Origin: an uncultured Methylomirabilota bacterium
Lineage (GTDB): Bacteria > Methylomirabilota > Methylomirabilia > Methylomirabilales > 2-02-FULL-66-22
NCBI GenBank assembly: GCA_963845565.1
Contig: CAWJSJ010000002.1
Coordinates: forward strand, 544,001 to 608,000
Direction of reading: 5' to 3'
DNA: 64,000 nucleotides
Below are positions 34,261 through 44,388 of the stretch, in pieces. Below the pieces are notes generated by a model that did not search any database, was not told the DNA's origin, and saw only the letters and a program-made list of their open reading frames with translations. Made by a program: the position numbers and the translations under genes. Every line of letters begins with the position of its first letter. Position 1 is the first letter of the stretch.

Positions 34261-35703
34261 TCAGCGGGGCTCCAGGGCCTTGAAATACTCCTTGACCTGC
34301 TCCCGATAGCTGAACGGGATCGGCTCCTTGGTCAGGGCTTCTTCCATCAGCTTCTTGTACTGCGAGAAGACATCCAGATACGGGAGGCGGGAGGGGACCT
34401 GGGCGCCCAACCCGGAGAGGTTGGTGTCGTAGGCCTCGGTCTGGCCTTCGCGAGGATCGCCGTCCAGCGTGGAGTCCTGCTTCTCGCCCCCGATCCGCTG
34501 GGTGGCGTCCCCGCGCGTCTGGAGGGATTTCTCCGTGCCGGGCGCGGATCCGCCAGCGCCGTCCTCGTTCCGGCCGCCCTCGCCGTCACCCTTGGCGTCG
34601 CCGGCTCCTGCTTGGCGGGACGGAGCGTCCCGCAGTCCCTTGCCCTTGCCGCGGGAAGCCTCGTCGCGGTCTCGCAGGCGATTGAGCGCCCGGGAAAGCG
34701 CGGACATCGTCTTGTCCGTCGAGCGCCCGCCCTGGCCCTCCAGCTCCCGCATGAGCTCGTCCGCGATCTCGCCGCCGCCCCCCATCCGCTGCTCGGCCTG
34801 GCCGAGCTCCGACATCAACCGCTCGATCTGCTCCCAGCTCAGGCCCTGCAGGCTGCCGGCCTTGACCTGCTCTTGCATCCGGCGGATCATGACCTGGTAG
34901 GGACTCTGCGTGACGTCGCGCCGAAGATCCGGAATTGCCTCTGGCCGTCCCAGGAGCTTCAGGCGGTCGTCGCCTTGCTTGACGAAGCTCCCGAAATCTG
35001 GTCGCTGCTGACTCATCTTGGTGTCCCGGAAGACCGCCGCCTGATCCCCGGCCTGGGAGTGGCCCGCCAATGGGCCGCGGGTGGCGTCCTGCTCCTCCGT
35101 CCTGGGCAGCACCTCTTTGGGCAGCGCCGGGGTGGCGAGCTTTGGCTCGAGTGGCCGCTCTTTGGGCTCCTCCGCGACGTCGGCCGCGGGGGGGCCGGCC
35201 GCATCGTCGGCGCCCGGACGGTGCAGGGGTATCGGCGGGAGCAACGCCAAGGCGAGGACCAGCGCTGCCAGCGGCCCGGCGAGGCGGGCCTCGGGTCCTA
35301 GGCCGAGCGGGAAGGCGTCTTTCGGCCGGAGGCCCCGGACGCGGGCCGCGGTCTCGGCGAGTTGCGCCTGGGCCATCTCCGGCGCGTCTGGTATCGCCAG
35401 ATGCTCCACCGCGGAGGTCATCCGCTCCTTGAGTCCGAGGTGGTGGTCCACCAGGCGAGCGGCGTGGCCTGGCCGCACCCGCAGCAATCCGCCGTACAGC
35501 ACGCCGAGAATCGTGAGGCCCGTCACCAATCCAACGACGGCCCACGGCGTGGCGACCGGGAGGACGCCTTTCAGGAGGAGCGGCGGCACCGCAAGGACGA
35601 GGCCGGCGACCAAGAAGCGGCTTCCGGCCGTCACGGCTCGGACAAGCCGGAGCCGCCTGGAGAGCTGTCCCAGGGCAGCCTGGATCACGTCACGGTCGTT
35701 CAT
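34261..35703 (-). CDS. Membrane protein with a coiled/Gly-rich C-terminus (MoxR operon associated)
   Basis: AARLVDHHLGLKERMTSAVE; C-terminal IPFSYREQVKEYF. Confidence 0.8.
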   Translation of the reverse strand: MNDRDVIQAALGQLSRRLRLVRAVTAGSRFLVAGLVLAVPPLLLKGVLPVATPWAVVGLVTGLTILGVLYGGLLRVRPGHAARLVDHHLGLKERMTSAVEHLAIPDAPEMAQAQLAETAARVRGLRPKDAFPLGLGPEARLAGPLAALVLALALLPPIPLHRPGADDAAGPPAADVAEEPKERPLEPKLATPALPKEVLPRTEEQDATRGPLAGHSQAGDQAAVFRDTKMSQQRPDFGSFVKQGDDRLKLLGRPEAIPDLRRDVTQSPYQVMIRRMQEQVKAGSLQGLSWEQIERLMSELGQAEQRMGGGGEIADELMRELEGQGGRSTDKTMSALSRALNRLRDRDEASRGKGKGLRDAPSRQAGAGDAKGDGEGGRNEDGAGGSAPGTEKSLQTRGDATQRIGGEKQDSTLDGDPREGQTEAYDTNLSGLGAQVPSRLPYLDVFSQYKKLMEEALTKEPIPFSYREQVKEYFKALEPR

Positions 35704-35973
35704 GGCAACTCCCCGGTCACACCGTGCCCCAATGATGCGCGAATCGGAAAGGTACCCGGGGTCCGGCGGCGTCCGATTCAAGGTGTAGGCCGACCGTTTT
35801 GCTCCTGATTCAACCCAGTGAAACCCGCCGGCAACTCACACAACGGGCAGAGTACGATCGTTGGCTCGGGGAGGACCGAAAGGCAAACCCGGCAGACCGA
35901 GGGCTAAGACGTGACGAGCCAGATAACCGGGCACGACGGAACGCCCGGACATACAAGACCGAAGCGGCTGGGA

Positions 35974-36396
35974 CTAGGCCCCGTCCGCCGCCTGCAGGTC
36001 CTCCTTCTTTGCCGCAGGTTGCCCCCCGGGTGCGTCGTCGGGTCCCGACATCTCGCAGTTCCCGTTGAAGAGGGCGCCTTCGGCCACCACCAAGCAGGGG
36101 GTCCGGATGGTCCCGCTCACGCGACTGGGCCGGAGGAGCTCGACCCGCTCGCGCGCGGTGATGCTTCCCTGCACCCGGCCACTCACGACGAGCGTCCCGA
36201 CTTCGATCTCGGCGTTCACTTGACCGGGTTCGCCGATGATCAGCAATTCGTCGCCAATCACCTCGCCCTCCACCTGGCCGTCAATGCGGACGGCGCCGGC
36301 GAAGCTCAGGACCCCCTTAAACTGCGTTCCCTCTCCGAGGAAGGCGCGAATCTCGCCGAAGTCGGCCCCGACTCGCTCCTTGTCGCGCTTCAGCAC
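35974..36396 (-). CDS. Bactofilin (polymer-forming cytoskeletal protein)
   Basis: FLGEGTQFKG...RIDGQVEG...VSGRVQG...EGALFNGNCEM; promoter TTGACA-17-TACCGT at 36493-36465. Confidence 0.92.
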   Translation of the reverse strand: MLKRDKERVGADFGEIRAFLGEGTQFKGVLSFAGAVRIDGQVEGEVIGDELLIIGEPGQVNAEIEVGTLVVSGRVQGSITARERVELLRPSRVSGTIRTPCLVVAEGALFNGNCEMSGPDDAPGGQPAAKKEDLQAADGA

Positions 36397-36495
36397 CAGG
36401 CCCTCCGAGGGATGAAGACGGGGTTTCGCCAGCCTTGACGCCGGCATTCGGAATGAATAGGGCGACGGTAACAGAGCAATTCCGGGCTGTCAATT

Positions 36496-37824
36496 TCAAA
36501 CTGGCCGGTTCGGAGAGGATCCGCCCCCCTGGCGCCAGCCGCACCAGCGCAGTGCGGCCACGACCAGCACTCGGCATGCGGCCACGACCTCCTCAACCGG
36601 CACGTACTCGTTCGACCCGTGCGCGACGGTGCAGTTCCCCGGCCCGAAGACGAGGCTGGGGATGCCCGCATGCCGCCGCAGATACGGGAGATCGCACCCG
36701 GCCGGGAAACCGGCCAGCACCGGCGGGCGCCCCTCGGTGGAACCGAACGCGCCCTGGAGAGTTGCGACGAAAGGGTCCGCCAGCGGCGTCTCGGCCCCCT
36801 CTTTATTCAGGCCAAGCCATTCCACGGCTGGGGGGTGCGCGCGGAGCCAGGGATCGTTCGCGGCGGCCCGCGCGACGCAGCCCTCCAGGTCCGCGCGCGC
36901 CTGCTGGTAGGTCTCGGCCGGGGCGTAGCCCATCAGCCCCTCGAAGACACACGTCTCGGGAACCTTCGAGGGAATGCGGTCGGCCGCGATCTTGCCGATG
37001 ACGATCGGGGCGAAGATGGGATACCGTGCGAAGAGCGGCGTCCGGAGGCGCGCCTGCCGATCCGCCTCGAGCTGCCTGAGCGCGGCCAGAATCGGAACGG
37101 CCTTCTCCAGCGCGCTCACCCCGTCGTAGGAGTGGATCGGGTGCGCCCCCTTGCCGCGAACGGTGACGCGAAATGCCTGGCCCCCGCGGGACGCCGGGCA
37201 CAGGTCCAGGTCCGACGGCTCAAAGACGACCGCCGCATCCGCGCGGTAGCCGCGATGCAGCGTGGCCAGCGTTCCACCCCCGCCCCACTCCTCGTCCACC
37301 ACGCTCTCCAGGATGAGGTCGCCGCCGAGCGATACCCCCAGCTCGCGCACGCACCGGGCCACCAAGAGCATCACGGCCAGGCCCGCCTTGTCGTCCACCG
37401 CGCCCCGCCCGTAGAGCTTCCCGTCCACCAGCGCGCCGGACCACGGACCGTGCGTCCAGGCCTCGGGCGGGCCGGGGTCCACGACGTCCACGTGCGCATT
37501 GAGGATGAGCGATCGGCCGCCGCCATGCCCCCGCAGCGTGCCGACCACGTTGGGACGGTCCGCGAACGCTGTGCCGGCATGGAAATAGGCCGGGTGGCGA
37601 TCCAGCCAGGCCTGATCGGGCTCCCAGACGTCCACCGCGTCGCAACAGCCGCCCATGAGCTGCGCCACCAGGGCCTGGCACGCGCCCTCCGCGCCGACGA
37701 TGCTCGGGATGGCGACCAGCCTCTGGAGCAAGGCCACGACGTCGTCCTGATGGTGCGCGACCCACGCCAACGCGCGTTGTTCGATCGCAATCATCGGCGC
37801 CTCCGGTCGGGGTGCGTCAGGCAT
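36496..37824 (-). CDS. M20 ArgE/DapE family deacylase
   Basis: LILNAHVDVV, GRGAVDDK, VDEE, GPG...AHGSNE. Confidence 0.9.
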   Translation of the reverse strand: MPDAPRPEAPMIAIEQRALAWVAHHQDDVVALLQRLVAIPSIVGAEGACQALVAQLMGGCCDAVDVWEPDQAWLDRHPAYFHAGTAFADRPNVVGTLRGHGGGRSLILNAHVDVVDPGPPEAWTHGPWSGALVDGKLYGRGAVDDKAGLAVMLLVARCVRELGVSLGGDLILESVVDEEWGGGGTLATLHRGYRADAAVVFEPSDLDLCPASRGGQAFRVTVRGKGAHPIHSYDGVSALEKAVPILAALRQLEADRQARLRTPLFARYPIFAPIVIGKIAADRIPSKVPETCVFEGLMGYAPAETYQQARADLEGCVARAAANDPWLRAHPPAVEWLGLNKEGAETPLADPFVATLQGAFGSTEGRPPVLAGFPAGCDLPYLRRHAGIPSLVFGPGNCTVAHGSNEYVPVEEVVAACRVLVVAALRWCGWRQGGGSSPNRPV

Positions 37825-39199
37825 CCCCGCGCTCCGCCACGGCCTCCGCGATCGCCTCACTGAGCGCCGCCAGGCCGTCCAGAACGGCATCTTCCGTGAT
37901 CGTGAGCGGCGGGCAGATCTTCACCGTCGCGGCCCCCAGGCCGACCGGCGCGAACATGAGCAGCCCCTTGCCCAGGGCCTTCTCCACGACGGCGAATGCC
38001 AGCTCCCCGTCCGGTTCCACGCCGCCCCGCCGGATCATGTGGAGGCCGGCCACCAACCCGCGGCCCATGACCGCACCGATGACGTCCCGGTGCGTGGCCG
38101 CGATGCGCCCCAGACCCTCGTGAAGGACGCCCCCAGCAACCTGCGCGTTGGCGACCAGCCCTTCGGCCAGAATCTTTTTCAGGCTTGCCAGGGCCGCGGC
38201 GGCACAGACCGGATTGCCCCCGTGCGTGTTGGTGAGATCCGCGGGCCCGTACTGGTCCAGAATTTCTGGCCGCCCAAGGACGGCGGAGAGGGGCAAGGAG
38301 CTCGAGATTCCCTTTCCGCAACAGATCAGATCGGGCACCACCCCGTAGTGTTCGAAGGCAAAGAATTTCCCGGAGCGCCCGAAACCCGCCTGCACCTCGT
38401 CAAACGTGACCAGGATGTCGTGCGCCCGACACCAGGCAACCATCGCCTGGATGTACGGCGCCGGCGCGAAGCCCGCGCTGCCCCCCTGGAAGGTTTCCAT
38501 GACGATCCCGGCCACGCGGTCCGGCCCGACCCCTTTTGCCTGCAGCCCCCGCAGGAACCCCTCGAAGGTTGTGTCCCGGCAGCGGAAGCCGTCCGGGAAC
38601 GGCACCTGGTGCATGTCGGGATCCAGATTGACGATCCACTCCTTGAGGGCCGGGATGCCCCCCACCATCTGGGCGCCCAGCGTGCGCCCGTGAAAATCCC
38701 CCTCGAAGCTGACGATGCCGATTTTCCGCCTCCCGCCGACACGCTGTCCGTGGGTGCGCATGAGCTTGACGGCGCATTCGATTGTCTCGGAACCCGTGGT
38801 GAGCAAGAACGCCTTGCTGAGGCCCTCGGGCGCCGCGGCACCGAGGGCGCGCGCCAACTCGATGCGCTCGGCGTTTGGAAAGCAAAACGTGTGCAGGAGC
38901 CCGCGCTCGACAGTCCTCAGAATGGCGTCCCGGATCTCCTTGGCCCCGTGGCCGGCGTTTGCCACCAGCACTCCGGAGCTCCAGTCGAGCCACATGTTGC
39001 CGAACCGGTCGTACACCTGGACCCCGTCCGCGCGATCCCACAGGATGGGCGGCTGGCCCAGCATGCTTGTTGGCTCGTGCCGGCGCATGGTCTCGAGAAG
39101 CTCCAGGGAGTCCGGGGCGGGTATCGGGGTCACGATCCGCCGAAAGCGCGTCCGCACGGCGGGCACCGCTTTCGGGGTGAAGTCAAAGGCCTTGCTCAT
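37817..39199 (-). CDS. Class III PLP aminotransferase
   Basis: FHGRT, DEVQAGFGRSG, PDLICCGKG, THGGNP. Confidence 0.92.
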   Translation of the reverse strand: MSKAFDFTPKAVPAVRTRFRRIVTPIPAPDSLELLETMRRHEPTSMLGQPPILWDRADGVQVYDRFGNMWLDWSSGVLVANAGHGAKEIRDAILRTVERGLLHTFCFPNAERIELARALGAAAPEGLSKAFLLTTGSETIECAVKLMRTHGQRVGGRRKIGIVSFEGDFHGRTLGAQMVGGIPALKEWIVNLDPDMHQVPFPDGFRCRDTTFEGFLRGLQAKGVGPDRVAGIVMETFQGGSAGFAPAPYIQAMVAWCRAHDILVTFDEVQAGFGRSGKFFAFEHYGVVPDLICCGKGISSSLPLSAVLGRPEILDQYGPADLTNTHGGNPVCAAAALASLKKILAEGLVANAQVAGGVLHEGLGRIAATHRDVIGAVMGRGLVAGLHMIRRGGVEPDGELAFAVVEKALGKGLLMFAPVGLGAATVKICPPLTITEDAVLDGLAALSEAIAEAVAERGDA

Positions 39200-39250
39200 G
39201 AGCGGACACCTCCGGGGTGGGGCGAGCCGAAAGGATCGGCCGCGATCGAC

Positions 39251-40093
39251 TTACACGCCGGTCACGGCTCCCGTCACCAGGCCGCTGACCAGATGGCGAC
39301 GGAAACAATAGTAGAAGATCACTGGGGGGATGGAATAGAGGACGGCCACCGTCATCAAGATATTCCACGGCGCGTCATCCGTCGCGAGGAAATTCCCCAT
39401 CGCCACGGGAATGGTGATGTGCGTCTCGCCCGAGAGGAACAGGACCGCGTAGAGATATTCGTTCCAGGAGAGCAGGAACGCGTACGTGGCGATGGCCACC
39501 ATGGGGGGCAGGATGAGGGGAAGGTAGATCCGAAAAAAAATGGCGAGCGGACCGGCTCCGTCGATCATGGCCGCCTCGTCGATGTCGGGGGGGATGGTCT
39601 TGCCGTAATCCCACAGGATCCAGACTGCGTAGGGGGACGCGAAGGTGATCATGACCAGGATGACCGAAAGCTTGCTGCCGATCAGGTCGTAGTCGGCCAT
39701 CAGCTTGAAGAACGGGATCGAGAGGAAGGACGACGGAATGATATACGTGAAGAGCGTGAGGGCCTGTATCGTCCGGCTGCCGCGGAACGTGATGCGCGCC
39801 AGTGCGTAGCTGCCGAGCGTGCCGATGACCAAGACGGCCGCCGTGGTGACCAGGGCGATGCTGACACTGTTGTACATCTGCGCCCAAAACTGACTGACGA
39901 AGTAGTTGCCCTGGGTGAGGGTCTGGTAATAGTTCTCGAACGTCGGGCTGGCCACGTACAAACGGGGCTTGAACAGATCCTCCCAGGTCACGAGGGAAAG
40001 CATGATCATGTAATAGACGGGGAAGACTGTCCAGACGAGCAGGACCACGCACGCCCCGTAAAATCCGATCTTTCGCCAGCCGCGGAGCCGCAT
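39251..40093 (-). CDS. Carbohydrate ABC transporter permease
   Basis: IDEAAMIDGA (EAA motif); SWNEYL. Confidence 0.92.
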   Translation of the reverse strand: MRLRGWRKIGFYGACVVLLVWTVFPVYYMIMLSLVTWEDLFKPRLYVASPTFENYYQTLTQGNYFVSQFWAQMYNSVSIALVTTAAVLVIGTLGSYALARITFRGSRTIQALTLFTYIIPSSFLSIPFFKLMADYDLIGSKLSVILVMITFASPYAVWILWDYGKTIPPDIDEAAMIDGAGPLAIFFRIYLPLILPPMVAIATYAFLLSWNEYLYAVLFLSGETHITIPVAMGNFLATDDAPWNILMTVAVLYSIPPVIFYYCFRRHLVSGLVTGAVTGV

Positions 40094-40104
40094 GCGCCGC
40101 CCTC

Positions 40105-40974
40105 CTACTTGACCCACCGGATCAAGATGAAGATGAAAAGGAGTGTGACCGGGAGGGCGGTGACGAACGTCCCCACGCCCCAGTCGATCTTCCCCATCAG
40201 GAAGGTGTACCGGTAGGCCAGGGTCGACAGCACGTGAGTCGAGTCGCCGGGCGCACCGCCCGTCATGATCTTGATGATGACGAAGTCGCCCAGGGTGAAG
40301 ACCATGGAAAGCAAGCTGCAGATCATGAAGAGGTTGCGCAACATGGGGACGGTGATGTATCGGAACCGTTGCAGCGGGGTCGTTCCGTCGATCTCGCCGG
40401 CCTCGTACATCTCTCTTGGGATGCTCCGCCGGCCGGCCACGAAGATCAGGGTCCAGAACGGGAGGTACTTCCAGATGTGATAGACCACGGCGGCGGCAAT
40501 CGCCGTGGGACGGCGGACCAGCCAGGGATAGCCGGCAAACCCCAGGTCGTTCAGGATCTTGTTCACGATTCCCCACTGACCGTTGAGCATCCAGCGGAAG
40601 GCCAGGATTCCCGGGAGCGACGGGATGGCCCAGGGCAGCAGGAACAGGCCGCTCAGGATCCGGGCGAATCGGTTCTCGGTGTTAAAGAGCGCGGAGAGAA
40701 TCAGGGCCAGCGCCATCTTCACATTAACGGCAGCCCCGACGAAGATCACCGTGTTCCAGAGCGTCTGAATGAAGATCGGGTCCGAGAAGATGTCCTCGTA
40801 GATATCCCAATCCAACCCCATGTAGATCATGTACAGGATCGGGTACAGGACCAAGCCGAGGAACAACAGGAGGAGCGGACTGCAGAACGCCAGACCCAGT
40901 GCGGTCTTTCCCAGCCAGCGCTCGCCCCGGATGGGCTGCGGCTGGTCGGCGGGCGCAACGGCGGTGTGGCTCAT
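40105..40974 (-). CDS. Carbohydrate ABC transporter permease
   Basis: MYEAGEIDG; LLPWAIP. Confidence 0.92.
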   Translation of the reverse strand: MSHTAVAPADQPQPIRGERWLGKTALGLAFCSPLLLLFLGLVLYPILYMIYMGLDWDIYEDIFSDPIFIQTLWNTVIFVGAAVNVKMALALILSALFNTENRFARILSGLFLLPWAIPSLPGILAFRWMLNGQWGIVNKILNDLGFAGYPWLVRRPTAIAAAVVYHIWKYLPFWTLIFVAGRRSIPREMYEAGEIDGTTPLQRFRYITVPMLRNLFMICSLLSMVFTLGDFVIIKIMTGGAPGDSTHVLSTLAYRYTFLMGKIDWGVGTFVTALPVTLLFIFILIRWVK

Positions 40975-41051
40975 ACGTTGGGGCGCCCCGCGGGCGGGAG
41001 GCGCAACGCCTCCCGCCCGAATCAAGGGTTCACGGTTCGAAAATCGGGTGG

Positions 41052-42446
41052 CTATTTCCAGCTCTTGAAGATCTGTTCGATCCGCCGCACCGCCTCGTCC
41101 ACCGCTTGCTCATTGCTCCACTTCTCGGTCACCACGCGGGAGATGGCCTTGCCCCAGACGTTCTCGGTGTACACCTGGACATACGCCGGGTGGTAGCTGA
41201 AGTAGAAGGGGCGCGTCTCGTTCTTCATGAACTGGTCCGTGACCACGGGGATGTGCGGATCCTTCGGGTCGCTGAAGAACGGATCCGCGGCCACGTCCTT
41301 GAACGAGGGGAACCAGCGGCCGTTGGAGGCCTTCACGTACTCGGTAAACCGCTTGGCGTCAAGGACGTACTTGACGAACTTCTTGCCGAGCTCCTGCTGC
41401 TTGGAATCTTTGGGGATGATGATCTGCTTGACCGCCACAAGGTACGGGTACCCCTTCCCGTCGACCGGTGAGGCCGGCTGAAGGATCGTGCCGATTTTAT
41501 TGTAGTAGGCGTCCTTGTTGGTGAAGAACAGCGCCCCCGGAATAGAGATGGAGGGGTTGGGCGTCATCACGGTCGTCTTGTTGTGGAAGTTGGCGTTGTT
41601 GTCGCCGTCCGTCCACGTGAGCGCGTCGGTTGGGACGTAGCCCTCTTTGTAGAGGTTCGTGAAGAAGGTGAGGACCTTGGTGATCGCCTCGCGGTTCTTG
41701 GCCTCGCCGGCGATGACCTTCCCGTCGGGTGTGATCACTTCGCCGCGGTGCGCCAAGAGGTACTGCTCGAAGTTGTAGATGGTGTCCGTGGAGCGACTGG
41801 ACGAGGTCATCCCGATTCCGTAGATCTTGCCGTACTTCGCCGGATCCTTCTTGCGGAGCGCGGCCTGGACCTTCTTCCAGAAATCCCAGTGCTCTTTCCA
41901 GGTCATCGGAATCTTCTTGGGATCGGGATCGAACCCGGCCTCCTTCACGAGATCCTTCCAGTAGTGCGTCCCGAGCGCCTGGGCCTCGATGGGGATCGCG
42001 TAGTAGCTCCACTTGTTCTCGGCCTTGTTGAAGAGCCGGCCGGTGGTCATGTGCGACTCGATGTAGCGGGGCTTCAAGTCGTTGATAAGATCCGAGACGT
42101 CAGCCAGCCTGCCGTCCCAGGCGAAACGCGGCGAGATGTGGAAGTCGTTGAAGAAGCAGAAGGCGACGTCCGGGACTCGGCGGGCGAGCAGGGCGCTCGT
42201 GACCTTCGGTCCCAAGTCGTCCTGGATGGTGAAGGTGATCTCGACCTCGACGTTGTTCTCGCGGGCGAAATCGGCCGCGACCTTTTGCATCCCCTCGTCT
42301 TCTTCCTTGTAATAGCCCTTATTCCACCAGACGACCAGCTTCTCGCCAGCGCCGGCCACTCCGGCCAATCCCGGACCGATCAGGGCCACTGCCAGACAGA
42401 CCGCAACGATCCAAGGGCCGCGCCACAACAGACCTCGGGTGCCCAT
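41052..42446 (-). CDS. ABC transporter substrate-binding protein (family 1)
   Basis: Signal peptide; VWWNKGYY; WTDGDNNANFH; adjacent to the permeases. Confidence 0.9.
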   Translation of the reverse strand: MGTRGLLWRGPWIVAVCLAVALIGPGLAGVAGAGEKLVVWWNKGYYKEEDEGMQKVAADFARENNVEVEITFTIQDDLGPKVTSALLARRVPDVAFCFFNDFHISPRFAWDGRLADVSDLINDLKPRYIESHMTTGRLFNKAENKWSYYAIPIEAQALGTHYWKDLVKEAGFDPDPKKIPMTWKEHWDFWKKVQAALRKKDPAKYGKIYGIGMTSSSRSTDTIYNFEQYLLAHRGEVITPDGKVIAGEAKNREAITKVLTFFTNLYKEGYVPTDALTWTDGDNNANFHNKTTVMTPNPSISIPGALFFTNKDAYYNKIGTILQPASPVDGKGYPYLVAVKQIIIPKDSKQQELGKKFVKYVLDAKRFTEYVKASNGRWFPSFKDVAADPFFSDPKDPHIPVVTDQFMKNETRPFYFSYHPAYVQVYTENVWGKAISRVVTEKWSNEQAVDEAVRRIEQIFKSWK

Positions 42447-42750
42447 TGTCCCTCCTCCTCTCGCCATAGGGGCCAACCGTGCGGCGGGCAGGATGCCCGC
42501 GCGCCGTTCACGACGAAGAGTACGGATGAGGCGGCGTCTTCACGAAGACGTCGATGCGTCCGATTCGCAGCGCGTCCAGCTAATACCAAAGCGAATTTGG
42601 TTGTCAAGAGAAAAGTCCCGCGCCGCCGGTCGTCTTGCGAACGCGCACGTGGGCTCTTGATTTCCGATGACTAGGCTGGTACCTTCCGCGGACGGCGGAT
42701 GGTGGTCGAAAGGCGTTTCGTGAGAGCCCTGGCGGCGGTCGGAGGTCGGG

Positions 42751-44346
42751 ATGCAAGCGCGCGGTGTCAACCCAAGCCGGTACGGTCTCGAGCACCACGG
42801 GATTCAGAACGTCAACCAGGTCTACTGGAACCTGGGCACGGCGGCGCTCGTCGAGAACGCCATTCGTCGGCGTGAGGGGTTGCTGGCGGCCGGTGGTGCG
42901 TTCACCGTGCGGACCGGGCAATACACCGGGCGATCCCCCGACGACAAGTTCGTGGTGCAAGAGCCCTCCACACAGGATCGGGTGTGGTGGGGACCGGTCA
43001 ACCGTCCGTTCGAGCCTGCTCGGTTCGATGCCTTGTATGGTCGTCTGCTGGCATACCTGCAGGGAAGCGACCTGTACGTCCAGGATTGCTTCGCCGGCGC
43101 GGATCCCGACCATCGTATTCCCATCCGGATCGTCACGGAATATGCCTGGCACAACCTGTTCGCCAGGCAGTTATTCGTCCGACCGGACTGGACCCAGACA
43201 CACGACCACATTCCTCGGTTCACGATCATCGACATCCCAAAGTTCCACGCCTACCCCGACCTGGACGGAACGCGCTCGGAAGCCTTCGTGATCGTGCATT
43301 TCGAAAAAGGGCTTGTGATTATTGGCGGTACAAGCTATGCGGGGGAAATGAAGAAGTCCGTCTTTACGATCCTGAACTTCCTCTTGCCACTCCGGCGGGT
43401 ATTGTCCATGCACTGCTCGGCAAACCAGGGGCGCAAGGGAGACGTGGCACTCTTCTTCGGCCTCTCCGGCACCGGAAAGACAACCCTCTCGGCGGACCCG
43501 GAGCGGCGACTGATCGGCGACGACGAGCATGGCTGGAGCGACAGCGGCGTTTTCAATTTCGAGGGGGGCTGTTACGCGAAATGCATCAGCCTGTCGCGCG
43601 AGGACGAGCCGCAAATCTGGGGCGCGATTCGTTTCGGGTCCGTCCTTGAGAACGTCACGCTCGACCCCGAGACCAGACTTCTCAACTTTCAAGACGGCTC
43701 CCTGACCGAGAACACGCGGGCGGCATTTCCGGCCAGCTTCATCCCGGACGCGGTCGTCCCGGGTGTGGGCGGACACCCGCAGCACATTTTTTTTCTTGCC
43801 TGCGATGCTTTTGGGGTCCTCCCGCCGATCGCACATCTGTCGCCGGAGCAGGCCATGTATCACTTCCTCTCCGGGTACACCGCCAAGCTAGCCGGAACAG
43901 AACGGGGCCTCGGCTCACAGCCGCAAGCGACCTTCAGTGCGTGCTTCGGCGCGCCGTTTCTGGCGCTCCATCCCACCGTGTACGCGGAGATGCTCCGCGA
44001 ACGAATCGAAAAGCATCGGGCACATTGCTGGCTGGTGAACACGGGGTGGACCGGGGGCCCAGTCGGGATGGGCCATCGTTTTCGGCTGCCGCACACCCGC
44101 GCGCTTCTGCGCGCGGCCCTGGGCGGAAAGCTTGATGGTGTCCCCACCCGAACGGACCCGGTCTTCGGCCTGCAGGTTCCGACCGCCTGTCCGGATGTGC
44201 CGGTGGCGATTCTCGACCCACGAGGGACATGGCCGAAGCCTGAGTCGTATGACGCGCAGGCTCAGCAGTTGGGGTCTCTGTTCCGGAAGAATTTCGAGAA
44301 ATTCGGGGACACCCCGGCGGCCATTCGCGAGGCAGGACCGAGATAG
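42751..44346 (+). CDS. pckA: Phosphoenolpyruvate carboxykinase (ATP)
   Basis: [38 protein letters not shown]. Confidence 0.97.
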   Translation: MQARGVNPSRYGLEHHGIQNVNQVYWNLGTAALVENAIRRREGLLAAGGAFTVRTGQYTGRSPDDKFVVQEPSTQDRVWWGPVNRPFEPARFDALYGRLLAYLQGSDLYVQDCFAGADPDHRIPIRIVTEYAWHNLFARQLFVRPDWTQTHDHIPRFTIIDIPKFHAYPDLDGTRSEAFVIVHFEKGLVIIGGTSYAGEMKKSVFTILNFLLPLRRVLSMHCSANQGRKGDVALFFGLSGTGKTTLSADPERRLIGDDEHGWSDSGVFNFEGGCYAKCISLSREDEPQIWGAIRFGSVLENVTLDPETRLLNFQDGSLTENTRAAFPASFIPDAVVPGVGGHPQHIFFLACDAFGVLPPIAHLSPEQAMYHFLSGYTAKLAGTERGLGSQPQATFSACFGAPFLALHPTVYAEMLRERIEKHRAHCWLVNTGWTGGPVGMGHRFRLPHTRALLRAALGGKLDGVPTRTDPVFGLQVPTACPDVPVAILDPRGTWPKPESYDAQAQQLGSLFRKNFEKFGDTPAAIREAGPR

Positions 44347-44388
44347 GCATCGTGCCCATGGCGCAAGGCGGCTGGCCCCCGGTCGAAC

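Noticed and set aside
35740..35970. Structured intergenic region as 6S RNA or c-di-AMP riboswitch
   Set aside because: Several hairpins, but only fragmentary motif resemblance. The riboswitch-like reading is on the strand with no downstream gene. Needs cmsearch.
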